Shown one piece after another: positions 1 to 9,989 of a stretch of 55,391 nt of DNA; within the stretch, counting starts at the first letter, position 1, and each line of letters begins with the position of its first letter. Source of the DNA: a virus. Lineage: Duplodnaviria > Heunggongvirae > Uroviricota > Caudoviricetes. The stretch is taken from the IMG/VR virus record IMGVR_UViG_3300036771_000024, positions 1-55,391 of that record. One strand, 5' to 3'. The notes below the pieces were generated by a model. That model was given only the letters and a program-made list of their open reading frames with translations. It was not told the DNA's origin and did not search any database. Both the position numbers and the translations under genes were made by a program.

Positions 1-92
1 CGTCCTTTATTCCTTCCTTTCCTGGTGCTGGTGCGGGGGTGCGGCCCCGGGCTGGGACGGCCTGGTGGCACCCGGGGCCGCACGTCTTAGGG

Positions 93-332
93 TTACTCGG
101 TGAGGTTGGTTATCTTCTCTGCCATGATGACTGAGTACACCGCGTAGATGACCGCGACGACAGCAGCAATGATCCAGCTCTCGTCTATGCAGTAGCCGAG
201 GAACAAGCCGAAACCTGTCATCCCCGTACAGGCCGCGTGACCCCCCACCTGGAGGTGGCGCCACGTGCGGAGCGCACCTGTCGTGGTGTTCCTCGCACGG
301 ACCGGCCATGTGTGGTTCTCTGAGCTGGACAT
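93..332 (-). CDS. small membrane protein
   Basis: ATG overlaps upstream stop (TAACCATG); hydrophobic C-terminal half GFGLFLGY...WIIAAVVAVIYAVYSVIM. Confidence 0.6.
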   Translation of the reverse strand: MSSSENHTWPVRARNTTTGALRTWRHLQVGGHAACTGMTGFGLFLGYCIDESWIIAAVVAVIYAVYSVIMAEKITNLTE

Positions 333-334
333 GG

Positions 335-457
335 TTACCTCTTGTTCTTGTACCGCTTCCAGCATTTACCGCACAGGCCGCGGTGCAGGTCCAGCCACAG
401 CTGGCCACATTTCGCCTGGCAGTTGTGACATTTCCCGCGTAGCCCTAGCATGCCCAT
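335..457 (-). CDS. 40-aa Cys-rich (CxxC...CxxC) protein, not in ORF track
   Basis: Read manually: MGMLGLRGKCHNCQAKCGQLWLDLHRGLCGKCWKRYKNKR*, preceded by AGGAGG RBS. Confidence 0.55.
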   Translation of the reverse strand: MGMLGLRGKCHNCQAKCGQLWLDLHRGLCGKCWKRYKNKR

Positions 458-572
458 CGCTAACCTCCTATCCTCTGTTTAGGGTGCTCACACAGTGCCC
501 GGTGGGGGCGCATCAGGTTGCCGGTGCGGAACTGCACCCACGAATACCTGCACCGCCAGCACCACAGGATCG

Positions 573-911
573 TCATGACACGCCCATCCACGTGAGCATG
601 TCGAGCAGGCCCGTGAGCCTGTCTGATGCTTCGGACACCGAACCGGACGGGTGCGGGCTGAAATCACCCAGCAGGGCTGCTTCGGTGATGACGCGCAGGT
701 CCTCCCTGGCCTGGTGGATCATGACCGTCCACGCCACAGGTATCGTGCCCTCCGGTGGTCCACCCTCTTCGAGGGCGGTCAGGAGTTTCAGCTCGTTGCT
801 CGCAGCGTTCACCTCCTGGGCCCGTTGCAGGCGGCCCTCGCGGCGGGTGGAGTCCAGCAGGTGCTTGCGTATGCTGCGGACCCTCTCTTCACGTTCCTTC
901 GCGGATAGCAT
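573..911 (-). CDS. hypothetical phage protein
   Basis: 112-aa ORF, tightly packed in leftward gene run. Confidence 0.6.
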   Translation of the reverse strand: MLSAKEREERVRSIRKHLLDSTRREGRLQRAQEVNAASNELKLLTALEEGGPPEGTIPVAWTVMIHQAREDLRVITEAALLGDFSPHPSGSVSEASDRLTGLLDMLTWMGVS

Positions 912-914
912 CAG

Positions 915-1115
915 CTACGCTTTCCGTATCGCGATGGCTTCCGGCGTTTCCACCGGGATAACGATCCACCCGCGGCCCTGCATCGGACCGCTGCGGTAGC
1001 CCGCTTTCGCGAACGCACCAGCGGCTTCCTTTGACGCGAACCCGCCTTCCGGTGCGATAGCCTCCCAGCGTGGCGGCTGGGCCATCTTGTCAGGCTTGTA
1101 CACAATCACGTACAT
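915..1115 (-). CDS. hypothetical phage protein
   Basis: AAGGAGG RBS upstream of ATG. Confidence 0.65.
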   Translation of the reverse strand: MYVIVYKPDKMAQPPRWEAIAPEGGFASKEAAGAFAKAGYRSGPMQGRGWIVIPVETPEAIAIRKA

Positions 1116-1228
1116 GTCTGTACCTCCTTCCTGGTGTGGTGCAGGGCGATGCGCCTAGTTTGGCTCGATGTCGTTTACTGGCGTATGCACAAGATGCACA
1201 TTCTTGGTTATCCTGCCAGCGGACCCTG

Positions 1229-1325
1229 CGGTATGCGTGTGTTGCGGCATACCGGGAGCCGCCCATCCTCGTTTCACGTCACACCGGAGGTGGGACAGGA
1301 TGGGCGGCTCCCCGCTTGCCGCAGC
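1229..1325 (-). ncRNA. repeated structured intergenic element, copy 1 of 4
   Basis: GCTGCGGCA-A-GCGG-[15-bp perfect stem]-CGGT-A-TGCCGC-AACACAC-GCATACCG, 4 nt after TAA of 1330..1713. Confidence 0.7.
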
Positions 1326-1329
1326 GAAG

Positions 1330-1713
1330 TTACGGGAGTGGCAGCGCCATGCGCACCAGGAATACCAGCATGACCACCACGTAGGGTGCGACGAACATCA
1401 CCGTAGCGGCGACGACAATACGGGCGAGCACCGGCAGCACCCAGTCCCACGCGCTGACCTGGTACACCGGTTGCGGTTCAGGGATCCGGGCTACGCACTG
1501 CTCGATCAGGTCGAGCATCGCTGCCACAGTCGGCGTGACCAGATTCTCCATCGTGTCCAGGTCACCCGTCCCGGCCGCTACCGCGTCCCGGGCGGTCGTG
1601 TAGGCACGGAACTGCTCCGACAGGGCTGAGAGCGGCACACCGGTATCGGTGGAGATCTGCGTGATATGCAGGAACAATTCCTCGTCAGCCATGACATCTT
1701 CCAGTTCCATCAC
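1330..1713 (-). CDS. membrane protein (C-terminal TM segment)
   Basis: Acidic N-terminus, hydrophobic WVLPVLARIVVAATVMFVAPYVVVMLVFLV; GGAGG RBS. Confidence 0.65.
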   Translation of the reverse strand: MMELEDVMADEELFLHITQISTDTGVPLSALSEQFRAYTTARDAVAAGTGDLDTMENLVTPTVAAMLDLIEQCVARIPEPQPVYQVSAWDWVLPVLARIVVAATVMFVAPYVVVMLVFLVRMALPLP

Positions 1714-1964
1714 TTCACCTCCTGTCCTGTCACGCGGAATGCGACGTACCGGTCGTTGATCCTGACGGCGGTCGGGGTGAGCCCCTTGTTGTACGCGGCC
1801 TGCCGCAGGGAATTCGCCAGCTGCCGCGATGTGACTACGTTGTAGTCCAGGCGGTCCACCTTGTACGGCCTGCCGTCCAGCAGGTGATCATATTTCCCGG
1901 GGCCGCCCCGGGAGCCGCCACGCTTGGGCGTGAACACCGACATGTCAGTTATGACCTCATCCAT
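1710..1964 (-). CDS. hypothetical small basic protein
   Basis: 84-aa ORF, GGAGGC RBS, overlaps next start. Confidence 0.6.
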   Translation of the reverse strand: MDEVITDMSVFTPKRGGSRGGPGKYDHLLDGRPYKVDRLDYNVVTSRQLANSLRQAAYNKGLTPTAVRINDRYVAFRVTGQEVK

Positions 1965-1976
1965 TTCAGCCTCCTC

Positions 1977-2186
1977 TCATGGTCTGCTACTGAGATGCCA
2001 GTAGCCGCATTCAGCCGGGTACGCCCGGCGCGGGTGGTAGTCCTTGTCAGGCCCGGACACGTTCGTCGCGTACCCGGCCAGCGCGTTGATCGCTGCCTTA
2101 CGGGTGCGGAACATCTCCTTGCCATGCGGTTCGCAGCGTGGCCGCGCATGCCTGTTGCCACGCGGCCTCCTGTTACGGTGCGGCAT
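1977..2186 (-). CDS. small phage protein of RAYxCxxCGxWHLTS-like type
   Basis: C-terminal RRAYPAECGYWHLSS motif resembles a common actinophage family. Confidence 0.5.
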   Translation of the reverse strand: MPHRNRRPRGNRHARPRCEPHGKEMFRTRKAAINALAGYATNVSGPDKDYHPRRAYPAECGYWHLSSRP

Positions 2187-2395
2187 CTGGTACCGCCTCG
2201 CAGTCACGGTGTATGTTGGCCCACTCGACCAGTTCCGCCAGGTCGGCCACATGGTCAGCGACTCCGGCACCATACTCCGCGATGTGACCCACCGGGCAGG
2301 TGATACGCACCTGCTCGACGTATTCCAGCATCTCGTCATTCCATCCGGCGACGTGGAATTTGTCACGCTGGACCGGCTGGTACATGATCATCACC

Positions 2396-2686
2396 TCATT
2401 TCTTCCTGCGTGGGTCCTTCTTCTTCTCTGGACCCCAGTACCACTTCCTGCGTGGTTCCTTCGGGTACTCCTTGCCGTGCTTCGGGCTTGGCGTACCCTT
2501 CTTCACACCGCCCCTGCCTTTCAGGGGTCCGCGCTGTTTGGCTTCCAGCTTTTCCTTACGGTGCTTCCCGTCGTCAGGGCAGATGTACTTCCACCCGCGC
2601 CCGCGCTTGAACGCGGACATCTTCTTACCGCACCCCTTCTCGGGGCAGAACTTGACGGGTGCCTGCTCAGGAGGCTTTTTCGACAT
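2396..2686 (-). CDS. Lys-rich basic protein with putative Zn site
   Basis: CPEKGC...ICPDDGKH plus very Lys/Arg-rich tail. Confidence 0.55.
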   Translation of the reverse strand: MSKKPPEQAPVKFCPEKGCGKKMSAFKRGRGWKYICPDDGKHRKEKLEAKQRGPLKGRGGVKKGTPSPKHGKEYPKEPRRKWYWGPEKKKDPRRKK

Positions 2687-2874
2687 GATTCTTCTTCCGG
2701 ATCGTCATGTTGTTCCGTGCAAAATCATCCGACGCGGCCACATACATGATGCCCGTGTATGACGTGACGTTCGCGTGGACCAGATCCTCGCTGAACCAGC
2801 CACAACCATTAGATTCCGTGGTCCACACACACCCGTCGCGCCACTCGGTGACACGAAACTGCTCCATGTACACC

Positions 2875-3447
2875 TCATACACCGGAATGCTCCTTATCCC
2901 ACGTGATCAGCGCGCGGGGGTCACCGACAGGACCGCACCGCAGGCAGTACCACAACTGGCCGGGCTGACGCCTGCGCCTGCGGTGCGGGTGACCGCCCCG
3001 GCACGTGCCCACCAGGGGCTTCTTGATTTCCTTCTCGCCAGCTTCCCCCCACAACCGGGTGGGCCTGGCACCGAGGATGCGGCACCAGCCCCGCCAGGTC
3101 GTGTCGTGCCCGTGGTCGGGGCACATGATGTGGGCGATCTCATGCAGGATCGTGTCACGCGCCTGCCCCGGGGTCCACAGTGACATCAGCGGCCCGGACA
3201 GCGTGAGCGTACCAGGCTCACCGTCCCACACACCGTCGTCGTTCTTGGTGTACCTGACGGAAGCGGACAGGTCCCTGGCACCGCCGATGCGGAGTCTCCA
3301 GTCTGACACGCCATGCTCCGCCATAAGTTCCATGCACAGACGCCACGCGTACTCGATGTTGTACGCGTCACCTCCCGCCTCGGTGGCCCATTTCTGCCAC
3401 TGAGGTGAGATGTACACGTTGGGGTCCTGGCGGGGGTCAAGCATCAC
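2875..3447 (-). CDS. SprT-like zinc metalloprotease domain protein
   Basis: TILHEIAH (HExxH) followed by HGHDTTWRGWCRILGA and C-terminal C..H / CLRC Zn ligands, the SprT signature. Confidence 0.8.
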   Translation of the reverse strand: MMLDPRQDPNVYISPQWQKWATEAGGDAYNIEYAWRLCMELMAEHGVSDWRLRIGGARDLSASVRYTKNDDGVWDGEPGTLTLSGPLMSLWTPGQARDTILHEIAHIMCPDHGHDTTWRGWCRILGARPTRLWGEAGEKEIKKPLVGTCRGGHPHRRRRRQPGQLWYCLRCGPVGDPRALITWDKEHSGV

Positions 3448-3888
3448 GCACCACCTGGTCCAGCGCGGCGGCCAGGATCGGCTGCCGCTCTTTCAGCAGG
3501 TCACGCACGTACCGGCAGTTCTCATCCGAGTACCGCCGACGGATACCCTCCGAAACTTCGAGGAGTGTCCGCGCCTGCTCGCGGCGGTCCGGCATCTCAT
3601 GCCGGTACAGGATCCACCAGCCGAACGGGTTCCCGACCACGGTAATCATCGGGACTGCCTCTCCGCTGCCAGGTCCCGGAGCAGTTCCGCCTCGGTGACC
3701 AGCAGGCCGTGTGCGATGTAATGCTCGTCTTCCAGGTCACCGACCGTCTTGTCCTCCACCCACCGGGCGTACCGCTCGGGGTGCTTCTCGGCCACGTGCA
3801 CAGCCAGCGGTGCGTTCACCTCGGGACTGTGCGGCTTGTACGCGTACGACTCGACGTGTGCCAGCCTGGATTCCAGGTCCTCATTCAT
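3437..3888 (-). CDS. two small hypothetical proteins (3437..3649, 3646..3888)
   Basis: Overlapping start/stop codons; GAGGAGG RBS before 3888. Confidence 0.55.
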
Positions 3889-3916
3889 CGTTGCCTCCTC
3901 TCACGTGTTGCTCGGT

Positions 3917-3990
3917 GGTCTCGCACGATGCGGCAGACCGCAGGCCACCCCAGCCCCCGCAGGTTGGGGTGGCCCACCGCGTGCCGCAGC
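3917..3990 (-). ncRNA. repeated structured intergenic element, copy 2 of 4
   Basis: GCTGCGGCA-C-GCGG-[12-bp stem]-CGGT-C-TGCCGC-ATCGT-GCGAGACC, 4 nt after TAA of 3995..4492. Confidence 0.7.
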
Positions 3991-3994
3991 GGTA

Positions 3995-4492
3995 TTACCT
4001 GTCGCCGGCCGCCCAGGATTCCAGGGAGAACATCCACCCGCGCCTGTTGCGTGGCCTGCGGCTGATCCACGCTTTCATGCCGTCCAGCTCGGTGATGAAC
4101 TGCTCGTAGCTGATCACCGCGTCGGGACCGGGGAACACCTGTGGCTTCTCATGCGTGGTCGGGTGCGTGGTGCACATCCGGGAACCGTCGAACATCCCGG
4201 AACCACCACCATCGCAGCGTTCCACCATGTGCCACGCGACGATGCCCAGCGGGCCGTCCGGGGTCCCCTCGAACGAGTGGTCCACCTCGGTGACCACACC
4301 GGGACGCAGATCATAGTCCCACACCAGCAGGCCCACCGTGATCTCGACACCATCAGCGGTGTACCGCCCGTTGATCGGCGGCAGGCAATCCCCGTGACCG
4401 TTCAGGACCTGCTTCTCAGGGTTCGCCCTGCATTCCTCGCAGGACCTTCGCCATGGCTGCCGCTCCGGCAGCCACCGCTCTGTGGTGCTCAT
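3995..4492 (-). CDS. hypothetical phage protein
   Basis: 165-aa ORF with CxxC near N-terminus; AGGA RBS. Confidence 0.6.
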   Translation of the reverse strand: MSTTERWLPERQPWRRSCEECRANPEKQVLNGHGDCLPPINGRYTADGVEITVGLLVWDYDLRPGVVTEVDHSFEGTPDGPLGIVAWHMVERCDGGGSGMFDGSRMCTTHPTTHEKPQVFPGPDAVISYEQFITELDGMKAWISRRPRNRRGWMFSLESWAAGDR

Positions 4493-4743
4493 GGCCTGTC
4501 CTTCCTCATGATTCCGTCTGCGCAGTCACGGCAGACACGCACGTCGGTGGCCTGGTTCATGTCGGTCCGGACCTGATGCGTCACGGGTGAACCGCACCGG
4601 CACATCAGCTCCGCGTCGACCAGGACATTGGTGAACATGATGTTCTGCCTGAGTCGCTGGTCATGGGTCTGCCCGACCCGCTCCATCGGGGGTCCTATGT
4701 GCTGGCCGCCGTACCAGAGCCGGGATGTGGTCATGACGGCCAC
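4489..4743 (-). CDS. small Cys-containing protein
   Basis: CRCG...CRDC; overlaps neighbours by 4-13 nt. Confidence 0.55.
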   Translation of the reverse strand: MAVMTTSRLWYGGQHIGPPMERVGQTHDQRLRQNIMFTNVLVDAELMCRCGSPVTHQVRTDMNQATDVRVCRDCADGIMRKDRP

Positions 4744-4991
4744 CTGAACAGGCGGAACCTGGTGCTGTTAACAGCGCACACCCAGTCGCTCCCGTCGTTG
4801 CGGATGACATCACCGGGGACCACGATCTCCCCGGTGGCCGGGTCGGTGCATTCTGGCACCGGCCTGGTCACCGTGTAGTTGTACGATGCCTCATGCCCGG
4901 CCGGGTTACCGGCCAGGACTCCCGCACCGGGACCTGCCATGGTCCAGGCGGCAGCCGCTATCGCTGCGGCCGGGACTATTGCCAGCATCAT
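4731..4991 (-). CDS. putative secreted small protein
   Basis: Signal-peptide-like MMLAIVPAAAIAAAAWTMAG; GGAGGAG RBS. Confidence 0.6.
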   Translation of the reverse strand: MMLAIVPAAAIAAAAWTMAGPGAGVLAGNPAGHEASYNYTVTRPVPECTDPATGEIVVPGDVIRNDGSDWVCAVNSTRFRLFRWPS

Positions 4992-5269
4992 GTCTCCTCC
5001 TTCTTCTGTTGAACTGGTCCACCGCTATCTGCGGTGTGAGCCACGATGACAGCAGCCATATGAGCGTGAACGCCCACGTCACTGCTCGCGCCGGGTCATC
5101 AGCGTGCCACGCATAATGTGGTCACCCTGGACGTGCTCGGTCACTGCCATGGAGATCCACACGCGCACGTCATGCCAGATCACGCGGTGGAATTCCCTGC
5201 CGTTGAACCAGACCTTTATCACGGTCCTCTTGTCCTTCACCGTCTCCACCTCCTCTGTGTGTCGTCCGG

Positions 5270-5343
5270 GGTCTGCCGCCACGGCAGACCGCAGAACACC
5301 GGCACCACCTTGAGGTGGTGCCGGTGTCCCGCCGCGTGCCGGG
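5270..5343 (-). ncRNA. repeated structured intergenic element, copy 3 of 4
   Basis: CCCGGCA-C-GCGG-[18-bp stem, TCAA loop]-CGGT-C-TGCCG-TGG-CGGCAGACC. Confidence 0.7.
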
Positions 5344-5368
5344 TGACGCTAGTTTCAGGTGTTTCTGG

Positions 5369-5695
5369 TCACCTCACGTTGACGTAGTTGAGGTGGTTCC
5401 ACCGCTGGGCGAACTCGCCCTGCTCGGTGTCGGCGTTCCCTGGTGCCAGGGAGTCCACGCTGCCGAACGACCACTTGCCGTCAGCAGGGAACCGGATCGT
5501 CACGGTCCACTTGCCGTGGGGCGGCACGATCACGTTCCGGTCGCCCCACGCGTACAGGTGCCCGTGGTAGAGGTTGATGCCGGGGTCCCACTCGCCGTAG
5601 CTGGTCTCGTTGGTCACGGTGAACCTGTACGTGTCGTCTCGCACGTAGCTGACTGCCACCATGTCGACCGGGGGTGGCGGGCTGATGAACATCAT
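5369..5695 (-). CDS. hypothetical phage protein
   Basis: ATG at 5695 with AGGAAGG RBS preferred over GTG 5758, which lies inside the RNA element. Confidence 0.55.
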   Translation of the reverse strand: MMFISPPPPVDMVAVSYVRDDTYRFTVTNETSYGEWDPGINLYHGHLYAWGDRNVIVPPHGKWTVTIRFPADGKWSFGSVDSLAPGNADTEQGEFAQRWNHLNYVNVR

Positions 5696-5722
5696 GATCC
5701 GGGGTCCTTCCTGTGAGGGTAT

Positions 5723-5802
5723 GACCTGCCCATACGGCAGACCGCGGGACACCCGCACCGCTCAACGCGAGTAGTGCGTGCGGGTGCCCCGCCGCGTGCC
5801 GC
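5723..5802 (-). ncRNA. repeated structured intergenic element, copy 4 of 4
   Basis: GCGGCA-C-GCGG-[14-bp stem]-CGGT-C-TGCCGT-ATG-GGCAGGTC. Confidence 0.7.
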
Positions 5803-5854
5803 CCGGGGTGCTATGTGCTGACATCCGCACCGCGCGGTACGATCATCGCGGGGT

Positions 5855-7130
5855 CTATCGTGTGCTGTACATGTCCCACCGGTACCAGTCGCGGCAGATA
5901 CCGGTGATGTGACCGCGCACGGGCTGACCCTGGTATGTGTGCACCACGATCGTCGGGACGATCCTGGTGGACACGATGTGGAACGCGCCGTTGAACCACA
6001 CGTACCTGACTTGCGGCGCGACCGCCATGTGGACCACCAGCTCGGGGTCGCCCTGGACTACGCCATCGTCGCGCAGGTGAGTCACCGTCGGTGGCCCGTC
6101 ATATACCGGGTCGAACGGGTCCCACGCGGGGTCACTGAAACTCATGACTGTACCTCCTGTGTCTGGGTTCTGCGTGCCAGTTCGGTGGTGATCATGCCCA
6201 GCAGGATCTTCACGTCGGCCCGCTGCTCGGGGTCCGTGTACACGGCGTACTCGGGCTTCAGCATGTACGTGAGCTGCTGGTGCTCCCGGTGGAGCATGGC
6301 CACGTCCACGGTCCGCAGCCTGGCCCTGATGGCGCGGCGTCTCAGCGCCGCGTGACGCACCCGGTTGGCTACCACGATCCACCCTGCGTCCGCCCTGGCG
6401 TAGTCACGCTGGAGCTGCTCACGTGCCCTGCGGACCGTCGCACGGTACTTATCCCGTGCGTCCGCCCTGGCCACGCGGCGTTCCAGCGCGGCGTAATCTA
6501 GTGTCTTGTCCATGTCACACCAGCCATTCAACGAGCGAACGGACCGCTGCCCGCCTGGCTTCCGGTGTGGTGGCCGCGTCCAGCGCGGCCATGAGCTGGT
6601 CGGTGTACCCGTCCACCTCTTCTTCGTGGATCTGCTCCAGGCTTTTCACCTTGGCCGCCATCACGCACGCCCCCAGCCCAGGATGTGATACCGGAACCCG
6701 TGACCCTTGCACTTACAGATCGCCTGGTGCAGCCGGGGGTTCTTCCGGGAGCTGATGTAGTGACGCACCCGCATTTTCACAGGACTTCACCGGTGTCCTG
6801 CCACGCCCACACGCTGCCAGCGTAGGTGCGTGCGACGGGGGTTCCGTCAGCGAGCCTGCCGGTGAACGTGACGCCGCTGCCGTCAATCTCCCAGCCGTCA
6901 CCCCACCGGGACAGGTGCTCGGTCCACGTGGCCTGCCCCACAACCGGGACCCACGCGTACCTGTGTTTCACCGGGAAGCACCCGGCCCGCTCGGCCACTG
7001 TCGTGACGATGCGCAGCATCGCGCTGCGGATCTCACGTCGGCTGTCCAGCCTGGACTCCAGCACCAGCCAGCCGTGCAGCTCCTGGTACCGCGCCACCAG
7101 TTCCTCGGTGGTCATGCTCGGGAAATCCAT
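5855..7130 (-). CDS. run of small hypothetical proteins (5855..6145, 6142..6513, 6515..6661, 6777..7130)
   Basis: Abutting/overlapping ORFs with GGAGG-type RBSs. Confidence 0.55.
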
Positions 7131-7192
7131 GGGTAATCACTCCTTCCGTCCTGCTAATCGGGACTGTGCGCACCTACGTACACACACCAAAA

Positions 7193-7233
7193 CGGCCACG
7201 CCCGCACCCCCTCTCGGGGGTGCGGTGTGGCCG
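7193..7233 (-). terminator. intrinsic terminator
   Basis: Minus strand: CGGCCAC-A-CCGCACCCCC-GAGA-GGGGGTGCGG-GC-GTGGCCG followed by TTTT, downstream of 7269..7718. Confidence 0.7.
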
Positions 7234-7268
7234 CATGGTGGAGGAACGTCGGTGTTCCTGCCGGGGTG

Positions 7269-7718
7269 CTACTTGGAGGACTTGGCGGTCTCGGCCGGCT
7301 TGTTCTCCTGCGTGGCCGCGTGCGGCGCGTACCATGCGCCCATCTCGTGGCGCTTGCCGTCCTGCGCACCCGCCATGGAGATGCTCGGCGTGTTGGACAG
7401 GCCCACCAGCATGGGGACCAGCTGCGTCTCCATGCGCACCAGCGCCTGCGCGGGGTCCTCGCGGTAGGACTCCACCCAGTTCTGGACCACGGCACCAGCA
7501 GCCGCGTACAGCGCCTGCGTGGCGTTCCGCTCGGTGACGCCATCGGGCATCGTCCCACGCGCGTTGGTCCGCTTCCGGTCCTCCTTGGCCTTGTTCGCCT
7601 TGGCGACCCGCTCGTCGTCCTTGGCCTTGAGCGCCAGGAGCTGCTTGAGCAGCTCACCGTCCAGCGTGGCGGTGGTGCCGTCAGCGGTGGTGATGGTCTG
7701 CGCGGTGTTCTCGGACAT
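7269..7718 (-). CDS. hypothetical protein with coiled-coil segment
   Basis: 149-aa ORF, AGGAGG RBS. Confidence 0.65.
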   Translation of the reverse strand: MSENTAQTITTADGTTATLDGELLKQLLALKAKDDERVAKANKAKEDRKRTNARGTMPDGVTERNATQALYAAAGAVVQNWVESYREDPAQALVRMETQLVPMLVGLSNTPSISMAGAQDGKRHEMGAWYAPHAATQENKPAETAKSSK

Positions 7719-7815
7719 GATTCCTCCTGAGAGGCTTACTGCCGCACCTCGGTATCACTGTGGGATACCTAGCTAGGTGCGGCGCTGACAATCCTGATGA
7801 TTGGCCAGCATCCCC

Positions 7816-7841
7816 GCACCCATACCGGACGGTATGGGTGC
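7816..7841 (-). terminator. GC-rich hairpin, probable terminator
   Basis: Perfect 11-bp GCACCCATACC/GGTATGGGTGC with 4-nt loop just after stop at 7860. Confidence 0.55.
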
Positions 7842-7859
7842 CGGGAAACAGGTAGATCA

Positions 7860-9826
7860 TCACAGCTCAGCCACGGGCACGTCGGTGTTGCACTGGTCAC
7901 AGTGCATGTAGTCCACGTCGGGTTGCGCGAACACGCCCGGGTGCATGCACCCGTGATCCTGCGTGGCCCTGAGTAGCGCGTTGCGCCACTCCTGGACCTG
8001 AACCCACGCGCCCGCCAGGGAAACGCTGGTGCTGTACTGCTCCAGCCACGTGAGCATGTCCACGATCACGTCAGCGACTGTCGTGTCGTCCTCCACGTCA
8101 GCCACCGGGATACGCGGGTTGTTCTTGTTACGCTCCCAGTACGCCCGGGACTCCTCATGCTGGTGCGCGATCTCAGCGTTGAACAGGTCAATCGCGCGTG
8201 TTGCGTCGGTCATAACTCCTCCTTCCGTTCGGTGTTCCGTTGCCGTACCTCTTGTGATACGCCACCATGGCGAGCACCCCTGCCGGGGTGCCACCATGAC
8301 TGGAATGTCACTCACCTGCTGAACAGCCACCGTGCGAACAGGACTATCGCCAGGACAACCACGGCGTACCCTGCCACGATCAGCCACGCCACCTGGTCGG
8401 GAGTCACGTCACACGCACCACGATGCGTAGCGTCCCAGCGTGCCGTCACCCATGACGTACACCAGGTCGAACTCACGGAGCCGCTTGGGTGCCACCCGGT
8501 TAACCTCACGTAGCTCGGCCACGGCCTGCTCGTAATCCATGCGCATATCCGGTATCTCTTCCACGTCACACTCAGACGTGTAACGCACGATCGCTACTTG
8601 CATCGCTGGTCCTCTCACCACTCGATAATGTTGGCTGGCCGACCGTACCCGGCGGGTACAACCGTCAGCAACGTGTCACATGCTGCGTGGCGGGTACGCA
8701 GGGCGAACCTGCCCTTGACCGTGCCACGTAGCGGGTAGGGTGCGCGTGAGACCATATGCTCAATCTCCACGCGTCGCGCCCACCATTTATCCAGCTTGTC
8801 AGGCTTGTTATCCACGCTCCACGCAGCGGTGTCACGGGACACGCGGACCTGTGTTTCAAGCTGGTCGCTGATCTCGTCAGGCGTAGCCTTACGGTAGTCA
8901 CCGATGCTATGGTCCCAGACCACCCGGTACGGGAACACCCGAGTATCGTCATCAGCGGGCACCGTGTTGTCTGCCACGCTGTACCGTGGCACGGTGAACC
9001 CGCCAGACTCCACGCTGTACGCCACCACCGACTCACTCATGATCGGCGCACCTCCACACACAGGATCACCAGCGCGTCACCCGTGGAATCACGGCCGACC
9101 CACTGGCAGTCAGGGCACCCGTACGCATGATCGCGTTCGCTGCGTGCCAGATGACGCAGCGAACGCTTACGGGCAGGCATCACGGGAGTCACCGTGCCGG
9201 TATCCAGCACTGTGCACGCGCGTACCATTCCAGGTTCCGCGTGCCAAACAGACCGATAGCGCGTGTCCACGCTGCCGATATGTGGTGATGCTGGCAGCTA
9301 CCTAGCGTCGCGTTGCAACGCGGACACGTTGGGACGGCAGGCAATGACGCCACAAACGGGACGTATGCGTGAGGCTCAACAGCCATGGGTAACTCACCCC
9401 TTCCGTAAGATCGCTGGGACGATTGGCGAAACGTACCAATCTGGCAACTGCCACGGGATACCGTGGCAGTCACCACACTGGGACGTGTCACGCAGCGTTG
9501 GTCTTGCGCGTGCGCTTGACGCCGCGAACGCTGGGCGTGATCTTGCTGAATCGCCACGTAACCATGGCGTTGTTCGCGCCGCTGCGCTTCACGACGCAGC
9601 TACGGTTGTTCTCTTTGGCGTACTGGCGGATCTGCCGCTCGTAGAGATCAGCGGCGACCGTCGTGCCCATGTTCTGCGGCACGTACGTCGTGTTGGGAAC
9701 GCTGGCGAACGCGATCACGGCCTTTGCGAACGTGGCGCGCAGATCAGCAGGTATCTCTACCGTGCTGCTCTTGACGGTTGTGACGCCAAAGAGGGCGTCT
9801 AGGCTGATGGCTGGTGACTGAGACAT
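7860..9826 (-). CDS. run of hypothetical proteins (7860..8213, 8409..8603, 8615..9040, 9189..9389, 9488..9826)
   Basis: Each with a plausible RBS; leftward run ending at the non-coding block. Confidence 0.55.
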
Positions 9827-9971
9827 GGTGATCCTCCGTGCTGCTGAGCGGACGTGAAACTACCCTCAGTCTATACTATGCGTGTTTATGCAGGTCACAG
9901 CGTTGCGCCACCAGGTAGGCCGACTACTCTCCGTCACATCTGTCCGTTATGTCCGATTCCACTATCACGCA

Positions 9972-9989
9972 CAGTCATAATTATGACTG
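9972..9989. repeat. perfect 18-bp palindrome CAGTCATAATTATGACTG
   Basis: Self-reverse-complementary, read directly. Confidence 0.9.

Noticed and set aside
1229-5802. Hammerhead or hairpin ribozyme identity for the four-copy element
   Set aside because: No CUGANGA/GAAA core; the GUC triplet is not conserved (GUA in one copy)
9235-9255. CCGCGTGCC and CAGACCG words resembling the element
   Set aside because: Wrong order, no intervening stem, inside an ORF
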